DNA of 64,000 nt, taken from positions 52,244-116,243 of the forward strand of contig JBEKWG010000004.1 of NCBI GenBank assembly GCA_049513315.1, written 5' to 3'. This DNA comes from Opitutaceae bacterium. GTDB lineage: Bacteria; Verrucomicrobiota; Verrucomicrobiia; Opitutales; Opitutaceae. The notes under the pieces were generated by a model. The model did no database searches, was not told the origin of the DNA, and worked only from the letters and a program-made list of their open reading frames with translations. Made by a program: the position numbers and the translations under genes. Below, in pieces: positions 1 through 8,174 of this stretch. Position 1 is the stretch's first letter. Each line of letters begins with the position of its first letter.

Positions 1-744
1 GTCGACAGCCTGCTGCAGGCGCTGTTCGCCGTCGTCGGCATGATCATGCGCCTGGCCCCGCTGGCCGCGCTGGGCGCGATGGCGTTCACCGTCGGCAAAT
101 ACGGCTTCGGCGTGCTGGCCTCGCTCGGCCAGCTGATGATCGCGGTTTACCTCACGTGCCTCCTCTTCATCGGCGGGGTCCTCGGGCTGATCGCCCGCAC
201 AAGCGGCGTGAGCCTCTGGAAATTCATCCGCTACATCAAGGAGGAGATCGTGATCGTGTTCGCCACGGTCTCCACCGAGGCCGTGCTGCCGCGCATGATG
301 ACCAAGCTCGAAAACGTCGGTTGCGCCCGGCCCGTGGTGGGCCTGGTGCTGCCCGCCGGCTACACCTTCAATCCCGACGGAACGGCGATCTACCTGACGA
401 TGGCCGCGATCTTCATCGCCCAGGCCACGAACACGCCGCTCACCCTCGGCGACCAGCTGTTCGTCCTCGGCGTGCTGATGTTGACCTCCAAAGGCTCGGC
501 GGGCGTGGCTGGCGCCGGTTTTGTCACGCTCGCGGCGACGCTGGCATCGCTCCATAAGATTCCGGTCGCCGGGCTCGTCCTCCTGCTCGGCGTGGATCGC
601 TTCATCAACGAGGCGCGGGCCGTCACCAATCTGATCGGCAACGGCGTCGCCACCCTCGTCATCGCGCGGTGGGACAAGGCCCTCGACGTGCCCCGCATGA
701 ATGAAGTGCTGAACGGCGGTGGGAAAAGGACTGAGGTCAGGTGA
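1..744 (+). CDS. dctA: C4-dicarboxylate/cation symporter DctA, 3' part (5' end lies upstream of the window)
   Basis: Frame 1 is open from nt 1 ([21 protein letters not shown]...). The translation follows E. coli-type DctA closely: [93 protein letters not shown]. Stop codon at 742-744. Confidence 0.9.
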   Translation, partial: VDSLLQALFAVVGMIMRLAPLAALGAMAFTVGKYGFGVLASLGQLMIAVYLTCLLFIGGVLGLIARTSGVSLWKFIRYIKEEIVIVFATVSTEAVLPRMMTKLENVGCARPVVGLVLPAGYTFNPDGTAIYLTMAAIFIAQATNTPLTLGDQLFVLGVLMLTSKGSAGVAGAGFVTLAATLASLHKIPVAGLVLLLGVDRFINEARAVTNLIGNGVATLVIARWDKALDVPRMNEVLNGGGKRTEVR

Positions 745-761
745 CAGACGACAGAGATCAG

Positions 762-805
762 AAGTCAGCGCCCGGCGGAGCCGGGAGTGAAAGCCTGCCT
801 GACTT
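762..805 (+). terminator. Nested stem-loop downstream of dctA (candidate terminator)
   Basis: Outer 7-bp stem aagtcag (762-768) pairs with ctgactt (799-805). It encloses a perfect 6-bp hairpin cccggc-gga-gccggg (771-785). A T-rich run follows (ttgttgtgatcttcgtgttcttt). Confidence 0.4.
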
Positions 806-843
806 GTTGTGATCTTCGTGTTCTTTGCGATGAACTGGAACCG

Positions 844-862
844 GGTGCGAAAATATCGCACC
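844..862 (-). terminator. Hairpin immediately after the GH112 stop codon
   Basis: Perfect 7-bp stem ggtgcga / tcgcacc with a 5-nt loop, 1 nt from the stop at 864-866. There is no clear U-tract, so function as a terminator is uncertain. Confidence 0.3.
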
Positions 863-863
863 C

Positions 864-3050
864 CTAGAGGTCGAGAATCTTGATGCCGTGGGCAGCGAGC
901 CTGACCGTCTTCCGCGACCTGCCGTTGCCGAGGGTGACGACCGTTTTCTGCGGCGTGCCGGCATTGTTGATCACCACCAGTTTCCCCTTCCTCGGGAAGT
1001 ACGCGCTCTCGGTGCGGAGGTTGGAGCAGTTCCAGACCGGGAATTGTTTCTCCTGCGCGGCGGCCCAGAAGAGCGCGCGGTGCAGCAGGCGGGTGTTCTC
1101 ATAGGTGAACTTGAAACCCGACAGGTAGACGCTGCGGCCCCGGCCGAAGGCGTGGGTCGCGATGCACGGCGAGCCATCCTGCTCGGCGAGCACCCGGGTG
1201 CCCGCTGACAGGACATATAGGTCGGACAGGTCCTTGCCGAAATCCGGCGCGCCGGCGAGATTGGCGGTGATGAAGTGCGGTGCAGGCGCGGCGTACTGGT
1301 ATTTGCCATTGGCGATGCGTTCGCCGCGGTCGCGGTCGAGACCGAGCACGTGCGAGAGCTTGAAGAGCTGGCCGGGCCCGGGCATGGCGGAGGGCTCGGC
1401 CACGCCGATGAAGCCACCGCCCTTCTGCACCCACCGGGTGAGCAGCGCGCTGATCCCCGGGTCGGCCCAGTAGCGGCCGCCACTCCACGCGCTACCCGCG
1501 CGGCCGCAGTTGATGATCACCTGCACGCCCCCCGGCACGCCGTGCTGCAACAGATCTTCAAAGCTGATGAACTCCACATCGAACGGCAGGCCGGCGAGCG
1601 ACTCGATGAGCTCGTTGAGTTCGAGACCGCGGGTGAAGTGACCCGAGCAGATCCACGAGCGCAAGCGGCCCCATGCGGTGAGCACGGCGACCTTGAACGG
1701 CGCGACATAAGGCCGGTCGCCCTGGTGAAAGGATTTCAGGAGGCGGAACTCCCGGGTGAGCTGCCCGATGTAGTCGATGAAATCGGGCCGCGGCTCGACG
1801 AGCGAGAGATAGCCGCCGAGGCCGATGCGGTCGATGGGGGCGCGGATGAGGCCGCGGCGGGCGTCGATCCAGAAGTTTTTGGCGTCCAGCGTCGGGCGGC
1901 CGCCCGGTTGGAAGGTCGGCTCGCCCTTGAGGCCGGTGGGGAAAAGATACGGATGCAGGCGCAGCTCGTGGGTCTTCACACCCCGGGCGTGGGCGCAGAG
2001 GCGGACCTCGAAGGCGTTAAAGACGCACTTGATCAGGCCGTCGAAACCGAACTCGGCGAAACGCGGGCTGTTGGGCTCCACGCCGATCCAGTGGTCGTCG
2101 TAGAAGACGTAGGCCTGCTTGCCGTGCCGGTGGACCAAGTCCACGCACCGGCGGCCGAACCCGATCACGAAGTCGTGGATGAACTCCATGTAGTCGCGGT
2201 AGCGGCGCGACGGCGCGTTATGCGTGGAATTGTAGAGACCGCCGTTGACGAAGTCCTCGGAGGTGAGCCGGTAGCCGTATTTTTTCGCGAAGCGCCGCAG
2301 CGCGCGCGGGCTGACGGTCATCGCATAGTCGCCCCAGTCCGAATAAATGTAGCGGAGGTTCGGATCGTCGCCCCAGAACCACGTGAAGTTGTAGAACATC
2401 GACGTGAAGCGCACGACCGTGGTGTCGGGATGGTCCTTCAGCCACCGCTCGAGGAAGGCCAGCAGCACCGCCTGGGTCTCCGGATGCATCGGATCCACGG
2501 CCGCGAGGTGCTCGCGGTCGCCCCAGTGGTTGGTGATGTGGTTGTACATCGAGATCTCCTCCCAGATGCGGAAGGTGAGGAAATTCACGGTGTATTTGTG
2601 ACCGGGCACGGCGCCGCGAATGGTGACGGTACCCGGCCGCGCGCGGCAGGACCACTGCCGCTTCGGGACTTCTTTGCAGGTCGTGCGGTCGAAGACCTGC
2701 CACCACTGCTTTGGATCGTCCAAGAAATTCACCGTGAACTGCTCGCGGAAATAGCCTTTGAGCAGTTCGATTGTGACCGTGCCCGTCCCCGCCACGACCG
2801 GGAAGCTCATCAGGAAGTTCTGCTGGAGCTTGTCGGGGTGCCGCTTCGCCCACGCGATGACCGAGCGGACGAGGCAGAGGGTCGAGTAGATGTGGTAGCC
2901 GGCCCGGGTGATCTCCGGCGACAGCTGCGTGCCGTCGCTGTCGCGGATCGTGTCCGCGCCCCACTGCTTGGCGAGGCGGAGCGTCAGCGCTTCGTAGCCG
3001 GCCTCGCCGGGCAGGGTGAAATCGCCCTTGGTCAGATCGGGAGTACTCAT
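864..3050 (-). CDS. GH112 glycoside phosphorylase (galacto-N-biose/lacto-N-biose phosphorylase or D-galactosyl-beta-1,4-L-rhamnose phosphorylase family), cytoplasmic
   Basis: 728 aa from the ATG at 3050 (MSTPDLTKGDFTLPGE...). It is collinear with Bifidobacterium LNBP as I recall it: WGADTIRDSDGT, MYNHITNHWGD, VVRFTSMFYNF, TVSPRALRRFAKKYGYRL, GLGGYLSLV, FISFEDLL, VIINCG. No signal peptide. The 102 codons upstream in the ORF track are Arg/Ser-rich and overlap an intergenic repeat. Confidence 0.88.
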   Translation of the reverse strand: MSTPDLTKGDFTLPGEAGYEALTLRLAKQWGADTIRDSDGTQLSPEITRAGYHIYSTLCLVRSVIAWAKRHPDKLQQNFLMSFPVVAGTGTVTIELLKGYFREQFTVNFLDDPKQWWQVFDRTTCKEVPKRQWSCRARPGTVTIRGAVPGHKYTVNFLTFRIWEEISMYNHITNHWGDREHLAAVDPMHPETQAVLLAFLERWLKDHPDTTVVRFTSMFYNFTWFWGDDPNLRYIYSDWGDYAMTVSPRALRRFAKKYGYRLTSEDFVNGGLYNSTHNAPSRRYRDYMEFIHDFVIGFGRRCVDLVHRHGKQAYVFYDDHWIGVEPNSPRFAEFGFDGLIKCVFNAFEVRLCAHARGVKTHELRLHPYLFPTGLKGEPTFQPGGRPTLDAKNFWIDARRGLIRAPIDRIGLGGYLSLVEPRPDFIDYIGQLTREFRLLKSFHQGDRPYVAPFKVAVLTAWGRLRSWICSGHFTRGLELNELIESLAGLPFDVEFISFEDLLQHGVPGGVQVIINCGRAGSAWSGGRYWADPGISALLTRWVQKGGGFIGVAEPSAMPGPGQLFKLSHVLGLDRDRGERIANGKYQYAAPAPHFITANLAGAPDFGKDLSDLYVLSAGTRVLAEQDGSPCIATHAFGRGRSVYLSGFKFTYENTRLLHRALFWAAAQEKQFPVWNCSNLRTESAYFPRKGKLVVINNAGTPQKTVVTLGNGRSRKTVRLAAHGIKILDL

Positions 3051-3065
3051 GGGAAGAGAGCTTCT

Positions 3066-3094
3066 TTTACCACGGATGGCACGGATGCACACCG
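3066..3094. repeat. Intergenic tandem 9-mer element (ttttac CACGGATGG CACGGATGC acaccg)
   Basis: Direct doublet of CACGGATG(G/C) preceded by TTTTACC. It belongs to the same family as 4789-4871, and both are followed 54-62 nt later by TGACAGTCC (3128-3136 and 4839-4847). Confidence 0.6.
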
Positions 3095-3238
3095 ATTTTT
3101 CACGCGCCCGCCAAGCCTGTGAAGTTCTGACAGTCCACCCCCGGCGGGAGCAATCTCTCCATGGAGACACCAAAGCGCAGGGCAGAATTGCGCAGAGAAC
3201 GCTTCCGCTTCGTGTCTTGGCGCCTTGGTTGCTTAAAT

Positions 3239-4618
3239 TCACTTCTGAGCCGGCGACACGCGGAAGAGACCGGCGCCGTGCCAGGGAATCTCCGGTGCAA
3301 GCTCGCCGGTGAATTCGCCGAGGTCCTTGGTCTGCCAGAGATCGCGGACGCGGCACGGACCGGCGAAGCCCAGCTCCGCGAGATTGACCGGCACTTTCGC
3401 GCCGGCCTCATCCGCGGGGTGGGCGGGCTTGTCGCGGGTGTTGAACACGGCGAGGTATTTATCGGCCGAGCCGGGCGCATCGGCAATCCAGGCAATCAGC
3501 CCGTCATGACTGAAGAGCTGGCGGCCCCCGCGGCTGTGCTGATCGACGGCGATCACCTCGTCGTTGGTGATCAACGAGAGGGTGAAATCGTCCAGCTTCG
3601 TCAGGTCGGCGCCGAGAATCAGCGGCGAACGGGCGATCGACCACAGGGTCATGACGGTGCGCTGCTCATCGCGGGTGAACCGCGTGGAGCGCCGGCCGAG
3701 GTCGAGCACGCCGAACGGCAGCATGTCCGCGTCGGGCCAGTGCCCCGGACCACCGTGCGGCGTCCATTTGCGCAGGCGTTCGAATTGCTCCACCAGCGCC
3801 GGCCAGTTGTCCCAGAAGTCGTCGCTGATGCGCCACAGGTTGGCCTGCCGGCTCACCTGCGCGCCGTCCGCGAGCGGCGTCTCGCCCGGCGAAAGGCTGA
3901 GCACCATCGGCCGCCCCGCGCGATCGATGGCCCGGCGGATCGCCTCGATCTCCGCCTGGTGGTAGGGCCGGGCGATGTCGTCGACCTTCACGAAATCAAC
4001 GTCCCACTCCGCGAAAAGCGCAAAGACGGAATCGTAGTACGCCTGCGCGCCGGCCTTCGCCATGTCCACGCCGTACATGTCGCCATTCCAGGCGCAAAGG
4101 CTGTTCTGGTCGGCGATGTCGGCGGCGCGCTCGGGCGCGCCTTTGACCGGTGTGTTCCGCTCCACGGCCTGGCGCGGAATGCCGCGCAACAGGTGCACGC
4201 CGAACTTGAGGCCCCGGCCATGGACGTAGCCGGCCAGCGCCTTGAAGCCCGCGCCGTTCGCCGCGGAGGGAAAGCGGTTGGGCGCCGGCAGCAATCTCCC
4301 CCATTCGTCCATGACGAGCTTCGCATCCTTGAGGTAATCGAAGCTCTTCGCCTCGGGCTCGTACCACTGGATGTCGACCGTGACGTACTGCCAGCCGTGG
4401 CGCGCAAGCTGTCCGGCCATGAAGTCGGCCTGCGCCTTGATCTGGACCTCGGTCACGGTGGTGGCGAAACAATCCCAGCTGTTCCACCCCATGGGCGGCG
4501 TCTGCGCCCACTGCCAGAAGGCAGGCGCCGGCTCCGCGCCGTCCGCCGCCGCGAGCAGCCCGCCGGCGGCGAGGAACAACGCCGCGGTCCACGACCTCTC
4601 CGCATACCGGGATTTCAT
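3239..4618 (-). CDS. GH27 alpha-galactosidase / beta-L-arabinopyranosidase family protein, secreted
   Basis: 459 aa from the ATG at 4618 (MKSRYAERSWTAALFLAAGGLLAAADG, a signal peptide). Motifs: PPMGWNSWDCF, WQYVTVDIQW, DVDFVKVDD (nucleophile region), LSLSPGE, WRISDDFWD. Confidence 0.85.
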   Translation of the reverse strand: MKSRYAERSWTAALFLAAGGLLAAADGAEPAPAFWQWAQTPPMGWNSWDCFATTVTEVQIKAQADFMAGQLARHGWQYVTVDIQWYEPEAKSFDYLKDAKLVMDEWGRLLPAPNRFPSAANGAGFKALAGYVHGRGLKFGVHLLRGIPRQAVERNTPVKGAPERAADIADQNSLCAWNGDMYGVDMAKAGAQAYYDSVFALFAEWDVDFVKVDDIARPYHQAEIEAIRRAIDRAGRPMVLSLSPGETPLADGAQVSRQANLWRISDDFWDNWPALVEQFERLRKWTPHGGPGHWPDADMLPFGVLDLGRRSTRFTRDEQRTVMTLWSIARSPLILGADLTKLDDFTLSLITNDEVIAVDQHSRGGRQLFSHDGLIAWIADAPGSADKYLAVFNTRDKPAHPADEAGAKVPVNLAELGFAGPCRVRDLWQTKDLGEFTGELAPEIPWHGAGLFRVSPAQK

Positions 4619-4788
4619 GGTCCGCCATTCTGCAACCGCCCTAGCCCGCCTCAACCGTGAAAAACCTCGGGTCCGTCCGTCACATCCAGCCTGACCGAGG
4701 CGCACGAGCGCCTGGACGCCGCCTTGCGGCAGCTCGCCCGACCCGCCGCCGGCCAAGAGCATTGAAACTAAACCCTGTTTTTATTTTT

Positions 4789-4871
4789 ACCACAGATCAC
4801 ACGGATGAGCACGGTTGGGAGGGCTCGGGACAATCTTTTGACAGTCCGTGTCTATCCGCGTCATCCGTGGT
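4789..4871. repeat. Imperfect inverted repeat built from CAC(A/G)GAT 9-mers (REP/MITE-like element)
   Basis: Left arm 4789-4814 is accacagatcacacggatgagcacgg. The reverse complement of the right arm 4846-4871 is accacggatgacgcggatagacacgg. I counted 20 of 26 positions identical. The 31-nt spacer contains TGACAGTCC. Confidence 0.65.
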
Positions 4872-4926
4872 TCAATTGAGGCGCAGATGGCCGCTGCGTT
4901 CCCCAGCACCTGAAGAAATTGCGTGC

Positions 4927-5565
4927 TCAGATGGCTTCAGATGTTGGTCGGGTGCCTTCTTGTAGGTGATGAACATCGATAACCGCGTAGTTCTTGAGGT
5001 GCCCAGCCTCGATATACTTGATGAAATACTCTAAAGAACGCCTTCCCGACAATACCTCCTCAAACAACCAAGCATCCGAATCATAGAACTCCACCCAATA
5101 TCGTGGATGCTTCAACAAACCCTCCAAATAGCCGGTCGCCTCCTGTAGCAAAGCAACAAGAAGTGCAGCCCGATCGGCCGACCCTTTCTTCCTATCATAT
5201 CGATTCAGGTGGTGGAGATGATCACTTAACTGGCGATGAATTGACGATAGTCGGTCGAGGTCCAACTCAAGGTAATCTGCTATCTTCTTTTTCTTCCGTA
5301 TGACTACCGGAACCAGCTGGTTCTTTAGATCGAAGTCTCGATTTTGCTTTCTGATCTCTCTGATAAAGTCCTTCGTCCGCCAAAGGTCACCGAATCTATC
5401 TAAGAATTCCTTATAGCAAGCCGACAGGATCTCCTGGAAGGTGGTCTCGATCGCGAGACGCAGATCAAGCGCTGAATAACGGAGTCGTGGATAATCTGCG
5501 GATTCAGTACGCGAGAGCAGGTCTTTCGCTCTCGCCAAATGGCGCCTCGGATTCGCGTCGTACAT
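4927..5565 (-). CDS. Hypothetical all-helical protein in an AT-rich island; possible HEPN-superfamily (DUF4145-like) domain
   Basis: The ORF is open 4927-5604. The first codon at 5604 is TTG and the first ATG is at 5565 (MYDANPRRHLARAKDLL...). No signal peptide. RLAIETTFQEIL and LSSIHRQLSDHLHH (an R-x4-H spacing) resemble HEPN/DUF4145 helices. Composition is atypical: the two 60-nt blocks at 5281-5400 are each 43% G+C. Confidence 0.55.
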   Translation of the reverse strand: MYDANPRRHLARAKDLLSRTESADYPRLRYSALDLRLAIETTFQEILSACYKEFLDRFGDLWRTKDFIREIRKQNRDFDLKNQLVPVVIRKKKKIADYLELDLDRLSSIHRQLSDHLHHLNRYDRKKGSADRAALLVALLQEATGYLEGLLKHPRYWVEFYDSDAWLFEEVLSGRRSLEYFIKYIEAGHLKNYAVIDVHHLQEGTRPTSEAI

Positions 5566-5747
5566 GTTTTCTAAGTCAAAGTCACAAATGCCCCGTGTCC
5601 GCAACCAAGTAGGTTAGGTTGTATCCGCTCTTACTCCGCCGTCTTGAGCCGCAGGATGGTGAGCGAATTTGCCGGGAAGGTGTATGGAAAGCGCGGGCCG
5701 GCGGGCGGCCTTTTGCGGTCACGCCGCCCGGAACGCTCCAGCGATGG

Positions 5748-6698
5748 TCATTCAACTCCGGATGGCCGCCCAAATACCGGCAGGCCTTGCGCATTCCATT
5801 TCAGCGGCTTGACGTAGGTGTGCCGGTTGGGATCCCACAAGGGATCGCCCGCAATCTCGGTGTAGGTGCGGGCATGGTAAACCAACAGATCGGTCTCGCC
5901 GTCCTCGGCGACCGTGAAACTGTTGTGACCCGGACCGTAGATCTTGTGCTCATAGTCGGTTCGAAAGACCGGCTGCGGCGATTTCGACCAGCTGCGCGGA
6001 TCGAGCAGGTCGGCGTCCTCGCGGGCGTGGAGCAGGCCCATGCAGTAGTTCTCGTCGGTCGCACTGGCGGAGTAGCTGATGAACACGCGACCGTGGCGGA
6101 CGAGGACGGACGGGCCTTCGTTGACCCAGAAGCCGCGGATCTCCCATTCGAACTCGGGAACGGAAAGACGCACGGGCGGGGTGGCGAGGCTCGTCGCTGA
6201 AGCCATCCGCGCGATGTAGAGGTTGGAATTCCCGCGGATGGCGGGATCCTTCTGCGCCCAGACGTAGTAGGTGGCGCCGCGATGCGTGAACGCCGTGGCA
6301 TCGAGGCAGAAGCTGTCGATGCCGGTGTCGACGCGGACGGGCGACGACCATTTGCCCTCGAGCGGATTCGCCGCCGTCGTCGAGATGACATACATGCGAT
6401 GCTGGAACAGGTCGTCCTTGATCGCCCGGGAGGGTGCGGCGGCGAAATAGACGTGCCACGCACCGAAGAGGTGGTGGATTTCCGGCGCCCAGATCAGCTC
6501 GCTGAAGGGACCGGTGTCGGGCTTCTTCCAGACGTCGACTGGGGGAGCGGTCGGCAGCCCGGCGATCGTGCGCGCGCGGCGCAACTCGATGCGGTCATAG
6601 GCCGGAACCGATGCGGTGAAGTAATACCAGCCGTCGGTGAACCGGCGGATGCATGGATCGGCGCGCTGGAGAATGATGGGCTGGAGGATGTTGGTCAT
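5748..6698 (-). CDS. GH43 family glycosidase (alpha-L-arabinofuranosidase/beta-xylosidase-like), cytoplasmic
   Basis: 316 aa with the ATG verified at 6698. Motifs: RADPCIRRFTDGWYYFTAS, IWAPEIHH, NEGPSVL, GPGHNSF, typical of five-bladed GH43. No signal peptide. The stop is 12 nt from the start of the upstream transporter gene, which suggests an operon. Confidence 0.8.
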   Translation of the reverse strand: MTNILQPIILQRADPCIRRFTDGWYYFTASVPAYDRIELRRARTIAGLPTAPPVDVWKKPDTGPFSELIWAPEIHHLFGAWHVYFAAAPSRAIKDDLFQHRMYVISTTAANPLEGKWSSPVRVDTGIDSFCLDATAFTHRGATYYVWAQKDPAIRGNSNLYIARMASATSLATPPVRLSVPEFEWEIRGFWVNEGPSVLVRHGRVFISYSASATDENYCMGLLHAREDADLLDPRSWSKSPQPVFRTDYEHKIYGPGHNSFTVAEDGETDLLVYHARTYTEIAGDPLWDPNRHTYVKPLKWNAQGLPVFGRPSGVE

Positions 6699-6710
6699 GG
6701 GGAGTTCCCG

Positions 6711-8090
6711 TCAACCGGTCGTCGTGTTGCTGGAGCCGGCGAAGAGCAGTTTTCCCTGCGCGGCCAGCTTCTCTTTGATCTCGTTGTAGTATTTGTCGGT
6801 GATGCGGTACTTGTACATCAGCAGGCCCATGCCGAGGTGGAAGACGCCGGGGATGACGGTGAGCAGCAGCACGATGCCCCGCAGCGTGAACGCGCTCTGC
6901 ACCTGATCCGCCATGTAATGGAAGTAAGTGAGCAGCCAGCCCACCATGCCCGCGGCCAGGCTCATGCCCATCTTCTGGGCGAAGGAGACCCCGCCGAACG
7001 CCATGCCGGCCACGCGCTTCCCACTCTCGACCTCGCCGTAGTCGACGGCCTCGGAGATGATGGACCAGAACACCGGCCCCTGCAGGTCGACGATGAAGTT
7101 GATGAGGAAGTACAAAACGAACGCCGCGACAATGCTGCTGGGGGCCACGACCAGGAACATGATCACGCTCAACGCGAAGGTGATCAATTGCGACCAGCGG
7201 AAGAGCTGGATCTTGCAGAACTTCTTCGTGATCCAGGTGGAGGCGACCATGGCGAGGATGTTGCCGATGATACCGGTGGAAACGAAGGCGGCCTGCATCT
7301 TGGCATCTCCACCGAGGTAGTATTTGGCGTAATAGAGCGCCGCGGACCCGCGGATCACGTAACCGATCGTGCCGATCAGGCACACCCAGAACAGAACCAT
7401 CCATTGATCGTTCTTCCAGAGCAGGCCCAGTTGTTGGCCCAGCGGTTTACGGTCGCTCTTGTGCACCACGCGTTCGGTCGTGGTGAAGAAACAGAAGATA
7501 AACAGCAGCGTGGCCATGCCGGCCATCACCGCCATCGAGATCTGATAGCCCTTCGCAAGGTGCTCCTGCCCCCAACGGGACGCAAAGATCGGAACAAACG
7601 TGTTGACCAGCAATGAGGCCCCCTTGGCGAAGAACAGCCGATACCCGTTGGCCGAAAGGCGCTCCTGCGGGTCGGCCGTCAACACACCAGGCAGGGAGAT
7701 GTAAGGGATGACGATGGCCGTGAAGACGAGCATCATCAGAATGTAGGTCGTGTAGGCCCAGATCAGTTTGCCGGTGTAGGAGAGGTCCGGCGTGGTGAAC
7801 ACCAGCATGACCGCGAGCCCGAACGGGACCGCGAAGATGAGGAAATACGGGCGGTATCGGCCCCAGCGCGTCGTGTGGCTGTCGGTGTACATGCCCATCG
7901 CGACGTCGGCGAAAGCGTCGATCAGCCGCGGGATTAGTCCCAGCATGGCGATGTGGGCGACGTTCAGCCTGTACACGTCAGTGTAGAAGAACGTGATGAT
8001 GATCGCCAGGGCCGACCAGACGACGTTCACGGCCGCGTCGCCGCCGCCGAAACCGATCTTCTCAAGGATGGTAAGTCTGGGGGTTCTCAT
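6711..8090 (-). CDS. Glycoside-pentoside-hexuronide (GPH):cation symporter (MelB/XynT-like)
   Basis: Multi-pass membrane protein. N-terminus MRTPRLTILEKIGFGGGDAAVNVVWS, then DAFADVAMGMYTDSHTTRWGRYRPY (a GPH signature). I chose the ATG at 8090; the ORF-track start at 8105 is a TTG. Confidence 0.8.
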   Translation of the reverse strand: MRTPRLTILEKIGFGGGDAAVNVVWSALAIIITFFYTDVYRLNVAHIAMLGLIPRLIDAFADVAMGMYTDSHTTRWGRYRPYFLIFAVPFGLAVMLVFTTPDLSYTGKLIWAYTTYILMMLVFTAIVIPYISLPGVLTADPQERLSANGYRLFFAKGASLLVNTFVPIFASRWGQEHLAKGYQISMAVMAGMATLLFIFCFFTTTERVVHKSDRKPLGQQLGLLWKNDQWMVLFWVCLIGTIGYVIRGSAALYYAKYYLGGDAKMQAAFVSTGIIGNILAMVASTWITKKFCKIQLFRWSQLITFALSVIMFLVVAPSSIVAAFVLYFLINFIVDLQGPVFWSIISEAVDYGEVESGKRVAGMAFGGVSFAQKMGMSLAAGMVGWLLTYFHYMADQVQSAFTLRGIVLLLTVIPGVFHLGMGLLMYKYRITDKYYNEIKEKLAAQGKLLFAGSSNTTTG

Positions 8091-8174
8091 GGTGTTTTTC
8101 GCCAATTGGCCGGAATCATCGCTGGATGATCGGATTCAGCATGGGAAAGATGGGCGACCGCTTGGTGCCGGCGG

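Noticed and set aside
1275-3122. 615-aa plus-strand ORF
   Set aside because: It is antisense to the well-supported GH112 gene. Its composition is Arg/Ala/Gly/Glu/Val-rich and low-complexity, with no recognisable motif. This is a typical shadow ORF of a high-G+C coding region.
3051-3356. N-terminal extensions offered by the ORF track
   Set aside because: The extended parts are Arg/Pro/Ser-rich and precede obvious signal peptides or conserved N-termini. They often run through intergenic repeats, and several start at non-ATG codons. I checked TTG at 5604, 8105, 15796 and 42389, and GTG at 27807. Internal ATG starts were chosen instead. The same applies at 4619-4762, 20992-21174, 23104-23238, 24689-24934, 29492-29629, 36954-37001, 38798-39034, 45525-45695, 53763-53888, 56581-56628, 57073-57132, 59209-59256 and 63720-63758.
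4619-5747. Mobile-element hallmarks around the AT-rich island (transposase, integrase, tRNA target, long direct repeats)
   Set aside because: None is present. The only shared flanking string I saw is CCGTGTC..CCGC (about 4846 and about 5592), which is too short to call a target-site duplication. The region is therefore reported as a compositional island, not as a mobile element.
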